64,000 nt of DNA. Origin: Rhizodiscina lignyota. Taxonomy: Eukaryota. Each line of letters starts with the position of its first letter. The first letter of the stretch is position 1. This document shows, one piece after another, positions 21,627 through 33,452 of this stretch. A program made the position numbers and the translations under genes. The DNA lies in contig ML978125.1 in the NCBI GenBank assembly GCA_010015805.1, positions 1,364,001-1,428,000 on the forward strand. The letters run 5' to 3'. The notes beneath the pieces were generated by a model. That model had not been told where the DNA came from. It did no database searches and saw only the letters and a program-made list of their open reading frames with translations.

Positions 21627-24600
21627 CTACAGCCTATCACCCCGTCCCAAGCTCTGCAGCAGCTCCGCCGGCGGGACGCGCGACATATTGCCCCTGTCGA
21701 AAAAGGGCTGCGTCGGCGCGCGTGTGTACCCTTCTCTTCTCCTGCGCACGCGCTCGGCGACGATGCCGGCGACGACGAGCAGGAAGATGAGAACGAGTGA
21801 GATGGCGAGGCCAATGAGGACGACGAAGCCAACGGCAAGGTGGCCACCTGTTTGTTGAGGGACGTTAGCGTAGTAGTGCTCTATTTTCAGGCCCTCGCCC
21901 GCGAGGGCGAGGCTGGTGAGTGGAGAAATAGAAAGGGAATACCGACCACCCGACTTGAAGAAGTTTCCAGGGTTTTGGACGATGACCTGGGCGATGGTTC
22001 CGGGGCCGCCGCCCGCGACGTTGGACAGCAGGAAGGGGGTGAATTTGGAGCCGTCGAAGAGGGCTGCAGACGCGTTGCCGAAGTTTGGCACCACCAGCTG
22101 GCCGAGGACAAGGAGAGCTTGGTTGTTGTCAAAGTATGCGCTATCGCCGTGATCCTGCGTGAGCATGAAGATCTGGATCCCCTTGACGACGCTCCCTTCG
22201 CCAAGCTGCGGAACAGGCGTCCACTTCGAGCCGTCGAACTTCTCGATGTAGCTGCTGCCGTTCTTGGCAGTACCAGCGACCCAGTAGGACTTACCGTCGC
22301 TCGCGGCGGAGCACAGGGCCGTGACGGAGCCGGGGAGGCTGTCGGTCTCCGGAACGGCGGTGAAGTCATCGTTCTTAGCGTCATAGATGGTTAGCGGGTG
22401 AGAGGTGCCGTTCACGGTCAGATTGCCGCCAATGAGAAGCTGGTTGTTGTCGACCCAGGCCATGGTCTGCACTTCACCACCGATACCGCTGCCGGGATTA
22501 TTCCATTGCGCACGGGCAGAGTCCCAGATGCAGAGGGAGGGGCAGTTGAAGGAGCCACCGGAGGTGAAGCTGCCGCCGACGTAGACGTCTTGACTGTTAG
22601 GTTGAGGGGCAATGGCGTTAACAGATACAGATGCGCCTTGGAGTTCTGGTGGCTGCGTGGTAGAGAAATCTTCAGCGCCGAGATCGTAGAGGACAAGGCC
22701 GGTTACGTTGTCGCCATTGACATTGCCGGTGATTGTGCCGCCTGCGTAGAGGATACTGCCTGCAGCGCCGAGAGCGAGGAATGTCGAGTTTTGGTCGATG
22801 CCTGATGAGATGCCGGTGACGGATTGAGTCGAGCCATTGATGATCAACAGGTTGTTGATCTGACTGCCGTTTCCTGCGGTCGCCGTGAAATGGCCGCCGA
22901 TCGCTGTGATATTGAATCCGTTCTGATCGTACATCAAGCCCGTGGCAGCACCACTTCCGGTGTTCGTCGAATTGCCCGCAGCTCGCTTCACCAAGGTCAA
23001 GTCACGCTTCGTGATGGTCGAGTCATCGGCCTGCGTATCCTGGACGTTGATTGGCAACTGCTGAAGCGAGAGGCCATTGTTCTGCGTAAGCTCAACAGCA
23101 TCGTGGGCGGCACTCGCAGAGGACGAAACGCTTCCCGCATAGAGCGGCTGGAATCCAGGAACCTCGGTCATGGCGGAGAGAGCACCTTCAATGGCGATAG
23201 AGGATATGTTGAGGTTGTTGACCCAGTTCTCGCGAGCAGGATCCCACAACGCGATACCATCAGCCGCAAAGCTTGGGGCATTGCCCATGCGGAGAACTTG
23301 GTCGAAGAAACCGCTAATCGCAATGGTAGGCTCATTGTTAACCTGTAAGGGGACGATATTCGTAACACTGCCATTGACACCAGAGCCCAACGCACGCCAT
23401 GTCTTAGCAGAGGTATCGTAAACAGCTACGCCGTTCAAGCCGCCAACAGTGCCATCGCGAGTATTGTTGAAAGATCCGCCGACGTAAACGAGGCTGCCAT
23501 TCTGGTAGAGGAAGTTGACTTCGGCATTAAGTCCGCCTCCAGGAAGGCTCGCTGGATCACCAGTTCCGACACTGAAGATGTTGTCGAAATCGCTCGTCGA
23601 GAAGTTTCCACCAACATAGAGTGACTGGCCGTTAGTCGCCAGTGCATTGACCATGGCATTGCCGCTCAAGCCCGTGCCCGCAGTGTCGATAGCGGATTTG
23701 GAAAAGTCCGTGTCGATGGTCGCTTGATTTGGATTGAATTCGAACAGGCCGTTGAGTCCACCGCTTGACGTGATGAGTTCGAAACGGACGCGCTGGGCGA
23801 CGATCGTAAGCGGGCCAACCTGGCCAGAGCTAGGTGTCAATGTCACAGTTGGCTTGAACGTATCGCTCGTCATGTCGATATAACCAAGATAGATCTGGTC
23901 ATACTTGTCGAAGTTGTTCGTCTGGGAGATTTGAGTCGAGTACGGCTGAGCAGCTCCTTTTGTCATAGTGCCAGTGGGTGAGCCCATTTGGCCAGTGATG
24001 TTTACGCGGCCGCGATTGGTGCAGGTATTGTCCTGAATACAGCCGGGAGTGTAAATCTGGACCGAGTAGTTACCAGATTGACGGATGTTGGGCGTAAAGA
24101 CAACGGATGCGGAGTCGGATCTAATGTTCGATCCAAGCAGGGTAGTACTCAGGTATTCCGACGTGCTCTTTCCAGAAGGCGTGACGTCCCAAGGGCCAGT
24201 TACCGTAGCAGAAGCAGTTCCAGGGCTGACGCCATCACACTTCGGCTCGTTGAAATTATTTATGGCGTATGAGTAAATGTCGTCTTCGAAGAGCTCGATA
24301 CCAGCCAATCCACCGCCCTGCCCATACCAAGCAGAGATGTCGATGCGGAACTCGTTCATGCCAACTGCATTGACAAAGTGGAAATCCTGGAAGGTCTCGT
24401 TGTTCTGAGGAAGCGGGCATTGAGCGTCGCAAGTTTTGTTTTGGCCCTGAGGATCGATGTATGTGAATCGCATGATGCCATTAATGGGTAATGCAGTGAA
24501 GCGCCATGTCTTCGTTCCGCGTCCCTGCTCCTTCGTATTGTACAGTCGCAGCTTCGTGGGCACAAAGCCAAATTGGAAAGCGGCTTGCCAGAATCCGGGT

Positions 24601-25421
24601 ACATTATCTGCCAGTAGCCACGTATTACCAGATCCATCTTGATCTCCAGTCTTGCAGATGATGTTCTTCGGATCGGTGAAGCCAGGCTGACCGCTACTCG
24701 GACTGGCACTGATGTTGGCCGAAGTTACCGGAATGACCTGCATGTCTCTCTGCTTGGGGCTCGTCGCATTACCCAGTCCATCGAATTGTCCGCCAAAGAC
24801 AATGTTACCATTAGGTGCCTTCGTAATGGATGTGACAGGTCCATTGAAGCCGGCAAAAGGAAGATTCGTCCATTCAGTCGTCCACGCAATCGCATTCGAG
24901 GAATTCGCTCCAGTGAAGGATCCACCCACGTAGACCGTGCTAGAATTAGCGTCGCAGTACACGCTCGCGACCTGTCCCGAGAGGCCTGGCAAAGGCGTGA
25001 TGGCACCAGAATCCGGATTCCACAGCGCAATTCCCTGTGCCTCCACACCTCCCAAGCTCGTGAAATTACCACCCACCACCACTCCCGCCAACGTGCCGTT
25101 TTGCAGCACATACGGGCACAATCCATGTATATATCCATCCGCGGTGCTCAGCGTCGCGAACGCGCCATTAGGATACTGCTGCAGCAGCGACTGGCTGCCA
25201 TTGGTGTTGAAGGAGTTCTCGTTCTGGCCCACAAACTCAAAGAGCGAGATGGAATCGAAATCTCCGGCGAGGGCGACGCGGCCGAGCTGCGAGAGATCGA
25301 GGTTCGCGGACGGGGTGGGCGTGAAGGTGATGGCGGCGCTGCCAGGTACCAAGCACGATGACGCTGCGAGCAACAAAGCTGCGAGCTCGCCCGCCGAGCG
25401 ACCCAGCAGCGAGGAGCGCAT
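21627..25421 (-). CDS. RAX2: Cortical polarity marker Rax2 (type I membrane protein)
   Basis: Signal peptide from ATG 25421; LGRVALAGDFDSISL; repeated VYVGGxF beta-propeller-like motifs; TM GFVVLIGLAISL...; in-frame intron about 21946-21848. Confidence 0.93.
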   Translation of the reverse strand: MRSSLLGRSAGELAALLLAASSCLVPGSAAITFTPTPSANLDLSQLGRVALAGDFDSISLFEFVGQNENSFNTNGSQSLLQQYPNGAFATLSTADGYIHGLCPYVLQNGTLAGVVVGGNFTSLGGVEAQGIALWNPDSGAITPLPGLSGQVASVYCDANSSTVYVGGSFTGANSSNAIAWTTEWTNLPFAGFNGPVTSITKAPNGNIVFGGQFDGLGNATSPKQRDMQVIPVTSANISASPSSGQPGFTDPKNIICKTGDQDGSGNTWLLADNVPGFWQAAFQFGFVPTKLRLYNTKEQGRGTKTWRFTALPINGIMRFTYIDPQGQNKTCDAQCPLPQNNETFQDFHFVNAVGMNEFRIDISAWYGQGGGLAGIELFEDDIYSYAINNFNEPKCDGVSPGTASATVTGPWDVTPSGKSTSEYLSTTLLGSNIRSDSASVVFTPNIRQSGNYSVQIYTPGCIQDNTCTNRGRVNITGQMGSPTGTMTKGAAQPYSTQISQTNNFDKYDQIYLGYIDMTSDTFKPTVTLTPSSGQVGPLTIVAQRVRFELITSSGGLNGLFEFNPNQATIDTDFSKSAIDTAGTGLSGNAMVNALATNGQSLYVGGNFSTSDFDNIFSVGTGDPASLPGGGLNAEVNFLYQNGSLVYVGGSFNNTRDGTVGGLNGVAVYDTSAKTWRALGSGVNGSVTNIVPLQVNNEPTIAISGFFDQVLRMGNAPSFAADGIALWDPARENWVNNLNISSIAIEGALSAMTEVPGFQPLYAGSVSSSASAAHDAVELTQNNGLSLQQLPINVQDTQADDSTITKRDLTLVKRAAGNSTNTGSGAATGLMYDQNGFNITAIGGHFTATAGNGSQINNLLIINGSTQSVTGISSGIDQNSTFLALGAAGSILYAGGTITGNVNGDNVTGLVLYDLGAEDFSTTQPPELQGASVSVNAIAPQPNSQDVYVGGSFTSGGSFNCPSLCIWDSARAQWNNPGSGIGGEVQTMAWVDNNQLLIGGNLTVNGTSHPLTIYDAKNDDFTAVPETDSLPGSVTALCSAASDGKSYWVAGTAKNGSSYIEKFDGSKWTPVPQLGEGSVVKGIQIFMLTQDHGDSAYFDNNQALLVLGQLVVPNFGNASAALFDGSKFTPFLLSNVAGGGPGTIAQVIVQNPGNFFKSGGRYSLSISPLTSLALAGEGLKIEHYYANVPQQTGGHLAVGFVVLIGLAISLVLIFLLVVAGIVAERVRRRREGYTRAPTQPFFDRGNMSRVPPAELLQSLGRGDRL

Positions 25422-26437
25422 CCTCAAGGCCTGGCTGGGGCCGGTGTGCGGGCGGGCGCGAGAGCTGCAACGAGCGTGGTTGTGCGGGCGCGGTCGCTTT
25501 TTTGGCGTACCGGGGATTTTTAGAAGCGAGTGAATTGGGAGTTGGTGATTCCTGAGGCCAGGAAAAGTTGGTGTCGCAGCGGGTTGGAGGGCTGCATAAG
25601 GCGCGGCCGAGCAATGGGTCGAAGAACCTGACACACGGCGGCGATTCGTCAAGTCGTAGTCGAGATTCAGGAGCGTGCTGGGATGCGTGTTTCGCTGAGC
25701 GTGAGGGCGGAAAGCTCGTATACGTGAGCACGCCCACAATTAAAGGTTGTAAGAGAAAAAGAGAGTCGTAACGAGTGACTGTAGTGAGTAGGTGCCCAGG
25801 TCGAGGGCGTGTTGTGAAAGAGAAGTTGGAAGTTGAGTGATGCAGTCCAACTCAAGGTTAGGAGGCCCAGCGTGCGCTCGCGTTGTTCAGCGGCCGTGCA
25901 AATTGGCCTGAGCGCGACTCAAATTTAATTCCACAGCCCTTCCACGGCAACGCGGCCAATCAAGTGCCCCGATGCAGCGAAATTGCCCGAGCGCTAGTCT
26001 GCTCTGAGCGCGCCTTTCTCTAGACGCGATGAGGTCGTCAACAGCAGCAAGTCACTCGCGCAGCGCAGATAGATATCAACTCTCCTCACGTCGAATCGGC
26101 GCAATGACGCAAGGAATTGCTGGCGTGCAGCCTGCCCAGTAGAACTACAGTACATGCAAATCCCCGACTGTTTCAAGATGACTGCGTGTGCCAGCATCCC
26201 AGTTCCCACTTTCGTCGTCCGCCCTCCTGAGCGGTCGATGCATCGCCACCCCCATCGAATCAACCACGCCAAACCCACCCTTGTCGCAGAGCTTGAGCCT
26301 GTGAAACGTCATGCAAAGAAGACCCCGAACCCCAACCTCGTCTCTCATCGCCTTGCTGGAAGAACGTGCCTAGCAGTCTGAGGAAAAGAGTAGCGTACAC
26401 ATACACCCTGCATTGATCATTGCATCATCGCATGCGC

Positions 26438-27583
26438 TCATATGTCGTTGTATCCCAGCAACTTCTTCTCCAGCTTCTTGTCCGCGATCGCCCACGTCCA
26501 AGCCCTCCCCGCCTCGCCAGTCCACAGGCCAGCTGGGTCGTCCGACTTCTCCATCATGCCGTCCTTCTCGAGCGACTTCATCTCGTGGCCGGTTGTGTAG
26601 CTCAAGAAATGCTCAAAGTCCCTGTCGTCGAGTGCCAGAGCGTTTCCTGAGATGCCGTGGCAGAGACATGGTTCCTTTGTGAGTAGTCCTCTCTCCACGA
26701 TACACTCCCTGCCTTTGCGAATTGCACGATCTATGCGATCCTTCAGCTTTGGGAAGTGTGGTTGGAGCGTCATGAGGGAGAGCACTACGCCTGGAGCGCC
26801 GTGGCACACCTGGACGAGCCTGTCTTTGCCTGGCGGTATTGCAGATGGCCAGTTGCCGCTATCGTACTGGTAGCTGAGCATGGCTGCCAGGTCTGCCTCA
26901 AGTTTCGGCGCCCACGTTGGGTCTGTGAGGATGATTTGTGTGATGATGCCAATACCCCCGTGAACGGAACCAACATATGCCTTGCCATGCCACTTCCACG
27001 GCCGTGGAGAGTCCATGATAGCCTCAATCACCTCGTCCGCCGTATCGTCGATGAGCTCCAAGATGTCCTCTCTGTCCGGGAAAGTTTGCCTGACCATTCG
27101 CAAAAGATAGAGGTAACCAGCGCGTCCGTAAAGCCATTCATCGCCTGCCTGCTCATCCGCAGTGACTGCAGCGTATCTGCACAGCTCGGCCGCCATATCG
27201 GGGTCTTTCGTAGAAGCAGCGTCGAGCGCCAGAATGCACATGATATCGTCGCTGACGCCGCACTTATCGAACGATGGGCCCGGATAGACCTTCATGTGCG
27301 CCTGTGCCTGCTTCAAGTACTCTGCGGACCAGTAACCTAGTGTTTGGCCCTCGATCTCAATCTCCGGGTAGAGAGGGTGAAGCACGAAGAGCAAGTACGC
27401 GACTGATATAGGGCCATAGTAGATTCCACCGCCGGGCAGCTGCGTCTTTGGCGGACTGTCATCAATTAATCTCTTCAAAGACGCGACGAGCTGTTTGTAC
27501 GGATCTCTTCTCTGTGGCTCCGCGTCGTTCTTGAAGTATCGTGGACGGGTTTGCTTCGCGGCCATTTCGGCCGCAGACGCCAT
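26438..27583 (-). CDS. LanC-like protein (LANC_like family)
   Basis: DEWLYGRAGYL, GSVHGGIGII, VQVCHGAPG and CLCHGISGNA motifs, including the Zn-ligand Cys/Cys/His pattern; single exon, 381 aa. Confidence 0.93.
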   Translation of the reverse strand: MASAAEMAAKQTRPRYFKNDAEPQRRDPYKQLVASLKRLIDDSPPKTQLPGGGIYYGPISVAYLLFVLHPLYPEIEIEGQTLGYWSAEYLKQAQAHMKVYPGPSFDKCGVSDDIMCILALDAASTKDPDMAAELCRYAAVTADEQAGDEWLYGRAGYLYLLRMVRQTFPDREDILELIDDTADEVIEAIMDSPRPWKWHGKAYVGSVHGGIGIITQIILTDPTWAPKLEADLAAMLSYQYDSGNWPSAIPPGKDRLVQVCHGAPGVVLSLMTLQPHFPKLKDRIDRAIRKGRECIVERGLLTKEPCLCHGISGNALALDDRDFEHFLSYTTGHEMKSLEKDGMMEKSDDPAGLWTGEAGRAWTWAIADKKLEKKLLGYNDI

Positions 27584-28076
27584 GGCTGGGGATGAGAGAT
27601 CTAGCCTTGCGGGAGAGAAAAAGCTGGTGTGTTCCGAGTCAGGTAAGGTTTTGTTACTTTATCAAACGCCGTCGGCTTTGACAACACACTCGTTGGGCCT
27701 CTTGTTGCTCTCGTGACCGGTGAAACAAAAGAGCGCCGTGCTGCGTTGTATCGAGGCTGAGTGACGTATGCGCGCAGGGAATGCGATTTGATGCCCGAGA
27801 CAATGGGATTTTGGCCTTTCCGATTCGGGTGAATGGCCGATTGTGCAAATTGATAGCAGGATCCTTGATTGATAGACGCTTTCAGAGCAAAATAGATGAT
27901 GAGGAAATTGAGAGGTGCTTGATGCGAAATTGTGAGGTTGCAGAATAGTGGGGCCAGGAGCGGAAGTGCTGGATATGTACTTTTGGAACAAGCAATAACG
28001 CAATCATCACCGTCTATACCTTTTCATGTATAGTTTCCTGCGAATTGACTGCTTATAACGATATCTAGAAGACATG

Positions 28077-29424
28077 CTAGAACGCTCCTAACGAGTTTCT
28101 TGTCGTCCTTCTCCTCTTCGTGGTTGATGACACTTCAAGCGCTTGGTGCTCATCTTCTACTAGTTCCCTCTTCACCTTCTTCTCCCTTACTTCCACTTTA
28201 CGCGCAACAGTAACCTCAGAAGCATCGTCGCCATCTGCATCTTCTTCTTTGATAACTTCACTTATCTCCGTCTTCGCAACCAGCCTCTCCGAGAACGTAC
28301 GCAGATTTGCTGTGAAGAGAACGGATTGTGCCCATCCAGCCTCCTCTCCCCAGAGGCCTCTGAACTTGTTTCCAATGGCGTCATAAGTAGCCTTGGTGAG
28401 GCTGCTATGCTTCCCTTTGCCGAACTTGTAGTCTCTCTGAGCAATTTGCCATACTGGATCATCTCGTCAGTTGTGATGTTCTGAAGGCTTCACGAGGGCT
28501 CACCATGAGTATCAACGGGGACTGCCTCGCCCCATCCCAGTCCCATCAAACATACGCAGTCCGCTACTTTTGGCCCGACTCCTTGCAGCGCAAGTAGTTC
28601 CTCGTGGGCGGTTCTGTACCCGTCACGACCGCCTTCCTCCATTTGTCCAGCTGGCCTTGCCTTGTCTCCAAACTTGGGGCTCTCTGGATTCCGCAGATTA
28701 TCCAGCCAGCCCGCTCCCTTGTCCTGTGCAATCATTACAGCAGTCTGATAGAGGTACTTCGCTCTGTAGCCAAAGCCAAGTTCTCTCAGATGCTGTTCTA
28801 CTCGAGGTCCAGTGAGCGCTTGCGGCGTTGGAAAGTCGTGGTAAGCTTGGGAGTCGATATGTCCTATTAGCGGGCCGTAGTGAATACATAGCTTCTCTAC
28901 CATCTGCGATATTCTGGCTATGTTGTTGTTGCTGGAGCATATGAAGCCGACAAGAGCCTCCCATGCATCCTGCTTCAGAATACGGATTCCTGTGAACTTT
29001 GGCGCCTTCTTTTTGAAATTCTGGTCTGCGGAAGCCCATTGCTCATACAATTGAGAGAGGTTTGGAGAGAGATTGAAGTAGTGCTTAATAAGATCGAGGG
29101 TATCATCGTCTTCTGGGGCTTGCTCTGACGCAGCGGTTGATCGAGGAGGGGAAGGCAGGTAAGACGAAGATTTAGGATAAGTTGCGCGATAGTGAAGATG
29201 CGAGGGATCTTGACGAAGACTGAGAATGCGGCCATGAAGTGCACACGACCATTCGTCCTCTCCTGACTTTCTCCATCTGCGAGGGAGATGTGAGCGGAGA
29301 TCAATTTAGCATGCGACACGGCTGCGTACCTGAAAGACTGTCCACAGCGAAGCGTGGTATTTATACAGAGCTCTGTTAGGCTCACCGGTAGCTTCTTCCA
29401 CTCCATTGTGCGAAGAACAGTCAT
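28077..29424 (-). CDS. OGG1: 8-oxoguanine DNA glycosylase/AP lyase
   Basis: TTLRCGQSFR|W, FICSSNNNI, LGFGYRAKY, HhH-GPD motif GVGPKVADCV...PVDTH|VWQIA, GWAQSVLF; two introns. Confidence 0.96.
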
Positions 29425-29753
29425 TGAGAAGAGTGAATAATCGAAAAGACGCAATTCGCGACGGAGGTCGCGCCCTCGAGCGCGCCGCGCCTAGCAGACG
29501 CGTGCAGGGGTCCCGCGCCAAGGATTTTTGGCATGCGGAGCCGCCTCACAACTTTAACTGCAACACCAGCCTCAAGCACTTTCTCCCACTAACAACAACC
29601 TCTTCGCCCGCACTTTGCCAGCAGCACGCTGCGCAATTCCGTGTCGTCGAATTGTTTCACTACTTCCATTCCCTCTCACACTTTTTTTTCACTCCGAGCT
29701 CGCCTACACCTAAATAGACAGCACGCGCTTTCAGCGCAATTCACTTCAACACC

Positions 29754-31725
29754 ATGAACGGAGACAGCTACAACGCGCGCGGTATGTTCTCACACCCTAT
29801 TGCAGTGTTCACTAATACCTCTTAAAGACTCTTAAAGCGGAAATGGAATCCATTCTTGCTGATTATGGCCCCGAACCAGTCCCCGCGGCGGAGCCTCCTC
29901 CTTCGTCTCGCGACCACTACGTAAGTTTTCACTCTGCCGCAAGAAGTTTATTTTTCACGCACCTAAGTCCTTGCCACAACAGTCTTCCCGCCGCGACCAT
30001 AACGAGCGTCGAGAGCGCGACAGCCATCGCGACAACAGAGATCGTGATCGTGGTGATCGAGGCGATCGTGGTGACCGTGGTGATCGAGGCAATCGTCGCC
30101 GCTCGAGATCTCCGCACGGTCGCTCGCGAGGTGACTATGAGGTTGACAGATACTCGTCGAGTCGTGACTACAGAGAGCGTGAACGCGAAGACCGCTATGC
30201 TGGCCGAGGAGACAGGCGTGAAGAAAGGGAGTGGGACAGGGACAGAGGTGGCAGAAGAGATGACGACCGCCCTCCAAGACGCGATCGTGACCTCTTCGAC
30301 GATCGTAGGGGAGGAGGCGGCCGTAGGGACCGTCAACAACATGGCGAAGGAATGGGTGGTAGAGGTGGTGGACAAAATAGGAACAAGAGCCGCTCTCCTC
30401 CTCCTAAGAAGAAGGAACCTACCCCAGATCTTACCGACGTGGTCCCCATCCTTGAGCGCAAGCGCCGTCTTACGCAGTGGGATATCAAGCCGCCTGGCTA
30501 CGAGAACGTCACTGCCGACCAAGCGAAGATGTCTGGCATGTTCCCTCTTCCTGGCGCCCCCCGCCAGCAGCCAATGGACCCGACCAGACTTCAACAGTTC
30601 ATGAACCAGCCTTCTGGTGCCGTCAGCTCTTCAGCCCTCAAGCCCTCGAACGCCAAACAGTCCAAACGTCTCTTCGTCTACAACATACCTGCTCATACTT
30701 CTGAGTCTGATCTTACCGACTTCTTCAATCTGCAGCTGAACGCTCTCAACGTCATCAGTGGAACCGATCCCTGCATCTCGTCCCAAATGAACAGGGATAA
30801 CACCTACGCACTCCTCGAGTTCAAGACCGCGGAGGACGCAACTCTGGCACTAGCACTTGACGGTATCTCGATGGAACACGCAGACACGTTCGAAAGTTCG
30901 AATGGCGGTCCATCTGGTCTCGCAATCCATAGACCAAAGGACTATATCGCTCCCGCTGTTTCAGATGACGTGGGATATATGGAGGGTGTCGTGTCAGATG
31001 TTGTCAAAGACACTGCGAACAAGGTCTGCATCACTCACATCCCGAAGGATCTTCAAGATGGCGAGGTCAAGTCACTACTTGAGGCCTTTGGCGAGCTGAA
31101 GGCTTTCGTCTTGGTGAAGGACACGTCGAGAGATTCTGAGAATGGTGAATCACTGGTGCGTATATATCATTTTGAATGTTTTGTTTCTTCACATGCGGAC
31201 AAACTAGCTGACCAGTTTGAACAGGGCATCGCATTCTGTGAGTGGGCCGATGCCGACAACACCGCAATCGCTATCGAGGGTCTGCAGGGCACCGCGCTCG
31301 GTGCCTCTTTCCTCGAGCTCAAGCTCGCCTGTGCCGGCGCCCAGCAAGCTTCCGGCCTCGAGATGGGCGTCAACGCCATGTCCATGCTTGCCTCGACTGC
31401 GCCCTCCGACGAGAACCAGGGCCGCGTGATCCAAATGCTGAACATGGTCACCCCTGACGAGCTCAGAGACAACGAGGACTACGAGGAGATCTACCTAGAC
31501 GTCAAGGAGGAGTGCGATAACTTCGGCAGGGTGGTAGAGATGAAGATTCCGCGTCCGGTTGGCGCGGCCATGGCGAGCCCCGGCGTCGGCAAGATCTTCG
31601 TCAAGTACGAGAAGCCGGAAGAGGCGAAGAAGGCGCTGCAGGCGCTTGCTGGAAGAAAGTTCCAGGACCGCACGGTCGTAGTCACTTTCTTTGGAGAAGA
31701 GTACTTTGATGTCAATGCCTGGTGA
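29754..31725 (+). CDS. U2AF2: Splicing factor U2AF large subunit (U2AF65/Prp2 orthologue)
   Basis: RS/RD-rich N-terminus, ULM KRRLTQWDIKPPGYE, two RRMs and C-terminal UHM (GVGKIFVKY...GRKFQDRTVV); introns 29782-(29837 or 29879), 29921-29982, 31156-31224. Confidence 0.95.
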
Positions 31726-32705
31726 GGCATTCCTTTGATCCCGTTAGGGATAGCATTTGGTGAACTTCGATGAAAACGGCCTAGCGCCTTCTGTTTCTGC
31801 TTAGCCGATAGGGCTTTTTTCTTCTCTTAAAAATGGTGTAGGATAGCTGACGGTGAAATACAAAAGTTATGACCACAATGCTCCCGGCTCATGCCATGTT
31901 CTAGTGCTGTGGCCATCTTATAAGATTGCTTGGTACCGTCCTCGCAGATGCAAATTAAACGCAATGGTCCGGCAGCAGCACAAGTTCATCCGATTGTACC
32001 GTGCAGAGCTACATTGCATCGACAAGTTGATGGGAACAGTCCGTTAAGTAAAGACGAATTGCATTCATTGAAGCCATATATTATTTTTCAATACAGTCTA
32101 GAACATACTCAACCAACCCTTCAGCCATTCTCTCCTCCATGCAGAAGAGCAAATCTTGACTACTCTACGCCACTTCGACATTCATCGGGGTTAGCTATCT
32201 CGGGGGCGAGGACGATGGTGGTTGAAGCTTTCAAGGCACAAGACAGCTATGAAGTGCAGTCTCTACGGCCAATAAAGCGTACAAGTTTGTCAGTGGTGTT
32301 GCCATTCTCGTATATACCCCAAAGAACGTAGCGTCGAGCCTCCATCCACAATCTGGGTTACATACTGGTGCAAGAGATGCTCACCCTTGGGCGTTACAGC
32401 TTCACAACGGCGACACTCAAGTCTACGCTGCTCTCGGTACTACATTGAACCTGCCAAGTGAGGCGACGTTGTGTCGAGCAGACTGCTGATCCAATCAACG
32501 GCACCGCTCGAATCCAAGACCGCACTTACGTGCCCATACATCTTAGTGGTAAGACTTGGAGAATACTTGTGATTCGATTCCTGAGTCCATATGTAATTAT
32601 GGTAAGCGTATATGGTATCCTACACCAGGTTACATATCCTGCTAAGTGATTAGGTAGCTACGTGCCAGTAACTGGGTACGTTGCCGTCGGTAATAACGGG
32701 TACGT

Positions 32706-32727
32706 GAGTACCTGAATTCAGGTACTC
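32706..32727. repeat. Perfect 22-bp palindrome GAGTACCTGAATTCAGGTACTC
   Basis: The sequence equals its own reverse complement. Confidence 0.9.
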
Positions 32728-33135
32728 CAGATACGACGGTAGGCCTGGATTCAACGCGTTATATCTGCATTAGTTATCGCTACCACTCTGTATATATGGC
32801 TGATGCTTAAGCCCGCGCTACGATTTAAGCGTCACTGTGTCTCAATATATACCGGTGATTTTAAAGCCCACCCTGTGATAAAGATTATATTGAAACTACG
32901 AAGCCCCGTGACACTTGGTTGAGCAGGCTTCTGGTCTAATTGCAGTGATCGCTGGACTTTGTTTGAATACAGGCACGCCCGTGCGCAATAGTGGTGAGAC
33001 TTAAAGAAAGGCTCCGATTAAACTAGGGCACGCCATGCACAATGGTGGTCAACCTGGGCTGGCAGCTCTCGTGTCATCTTCGATCCCCCGTCCTCGACGA
33101 CTCCACTCGGACTCTTCAACACCGCATACACCTGA

Positions 33136-33452
33136 TTAATAGTAGACGCAGACGATACCCCCATCCGGATGATTGATGCAATTCGGAGACAATTCAGTCG
33201 CATCGACTCGCTTGATAGCTGCGACTTCGTCTGCCGTGAAGGTGCAGAGCGTTCCGCGCTCCGTCTTCGCACAGTTTGGTCCGTCGCCAATTCGCTTGAA
33301 GAGAAGTGAGCGTTTCCAGTAATCCTCGTCCATCTGTTATTGTTCACTCTAACTCTGGCTCTTCCGATTTGAGTACCCACGGGAGTTGGAGCCGCCAGAC
33401 TGATAGCCATGGTCATGGCGATGGCGAAGGCGAGAAACATGGAAAGCTGCAT
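33136..33452 (-). CDS. Secreted Kex2-processed peptide precursor (89 aa), candidate RiPP/KEP precursor
   Basis: Exon 33452-33381 (MQLSMFLAFAIAMTMAISLAAPTP), 47-nt phase-0 intron GTGGGT...ACAG, exon 33333-33136 (MDEDYWKR SLLFKR IGDGPNCAKTERGTLCTFTADEVAAIKR VDATELSPNCINHPDGGIVCVYY). Confidence 0.75.

Noticed and set aside
21840..25555. Long antisense ORFs over RAX2 (also over palC, CCT4, RPT1, SDH1 and U2AF)
   Set aside because: Shadow frames of GC-rich coding sequence with no recognisable motifs.
25422..25739. N-terminal extension of the 1370-aa RAX2 ORF
   Set aside because: It begins at a non-ATG codon; ATG 25421 gives a proper signal peptide.
31156..31224. Stop-free 3n introns in U2AF (69 nt), RAX2 (about 99 nt) and palC (51 nt) as coding insertions
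   Set aside because: They have donor, branch and acceptor signals and interrupt otherwise continuous protein sequence; best treated as ordinary introns.
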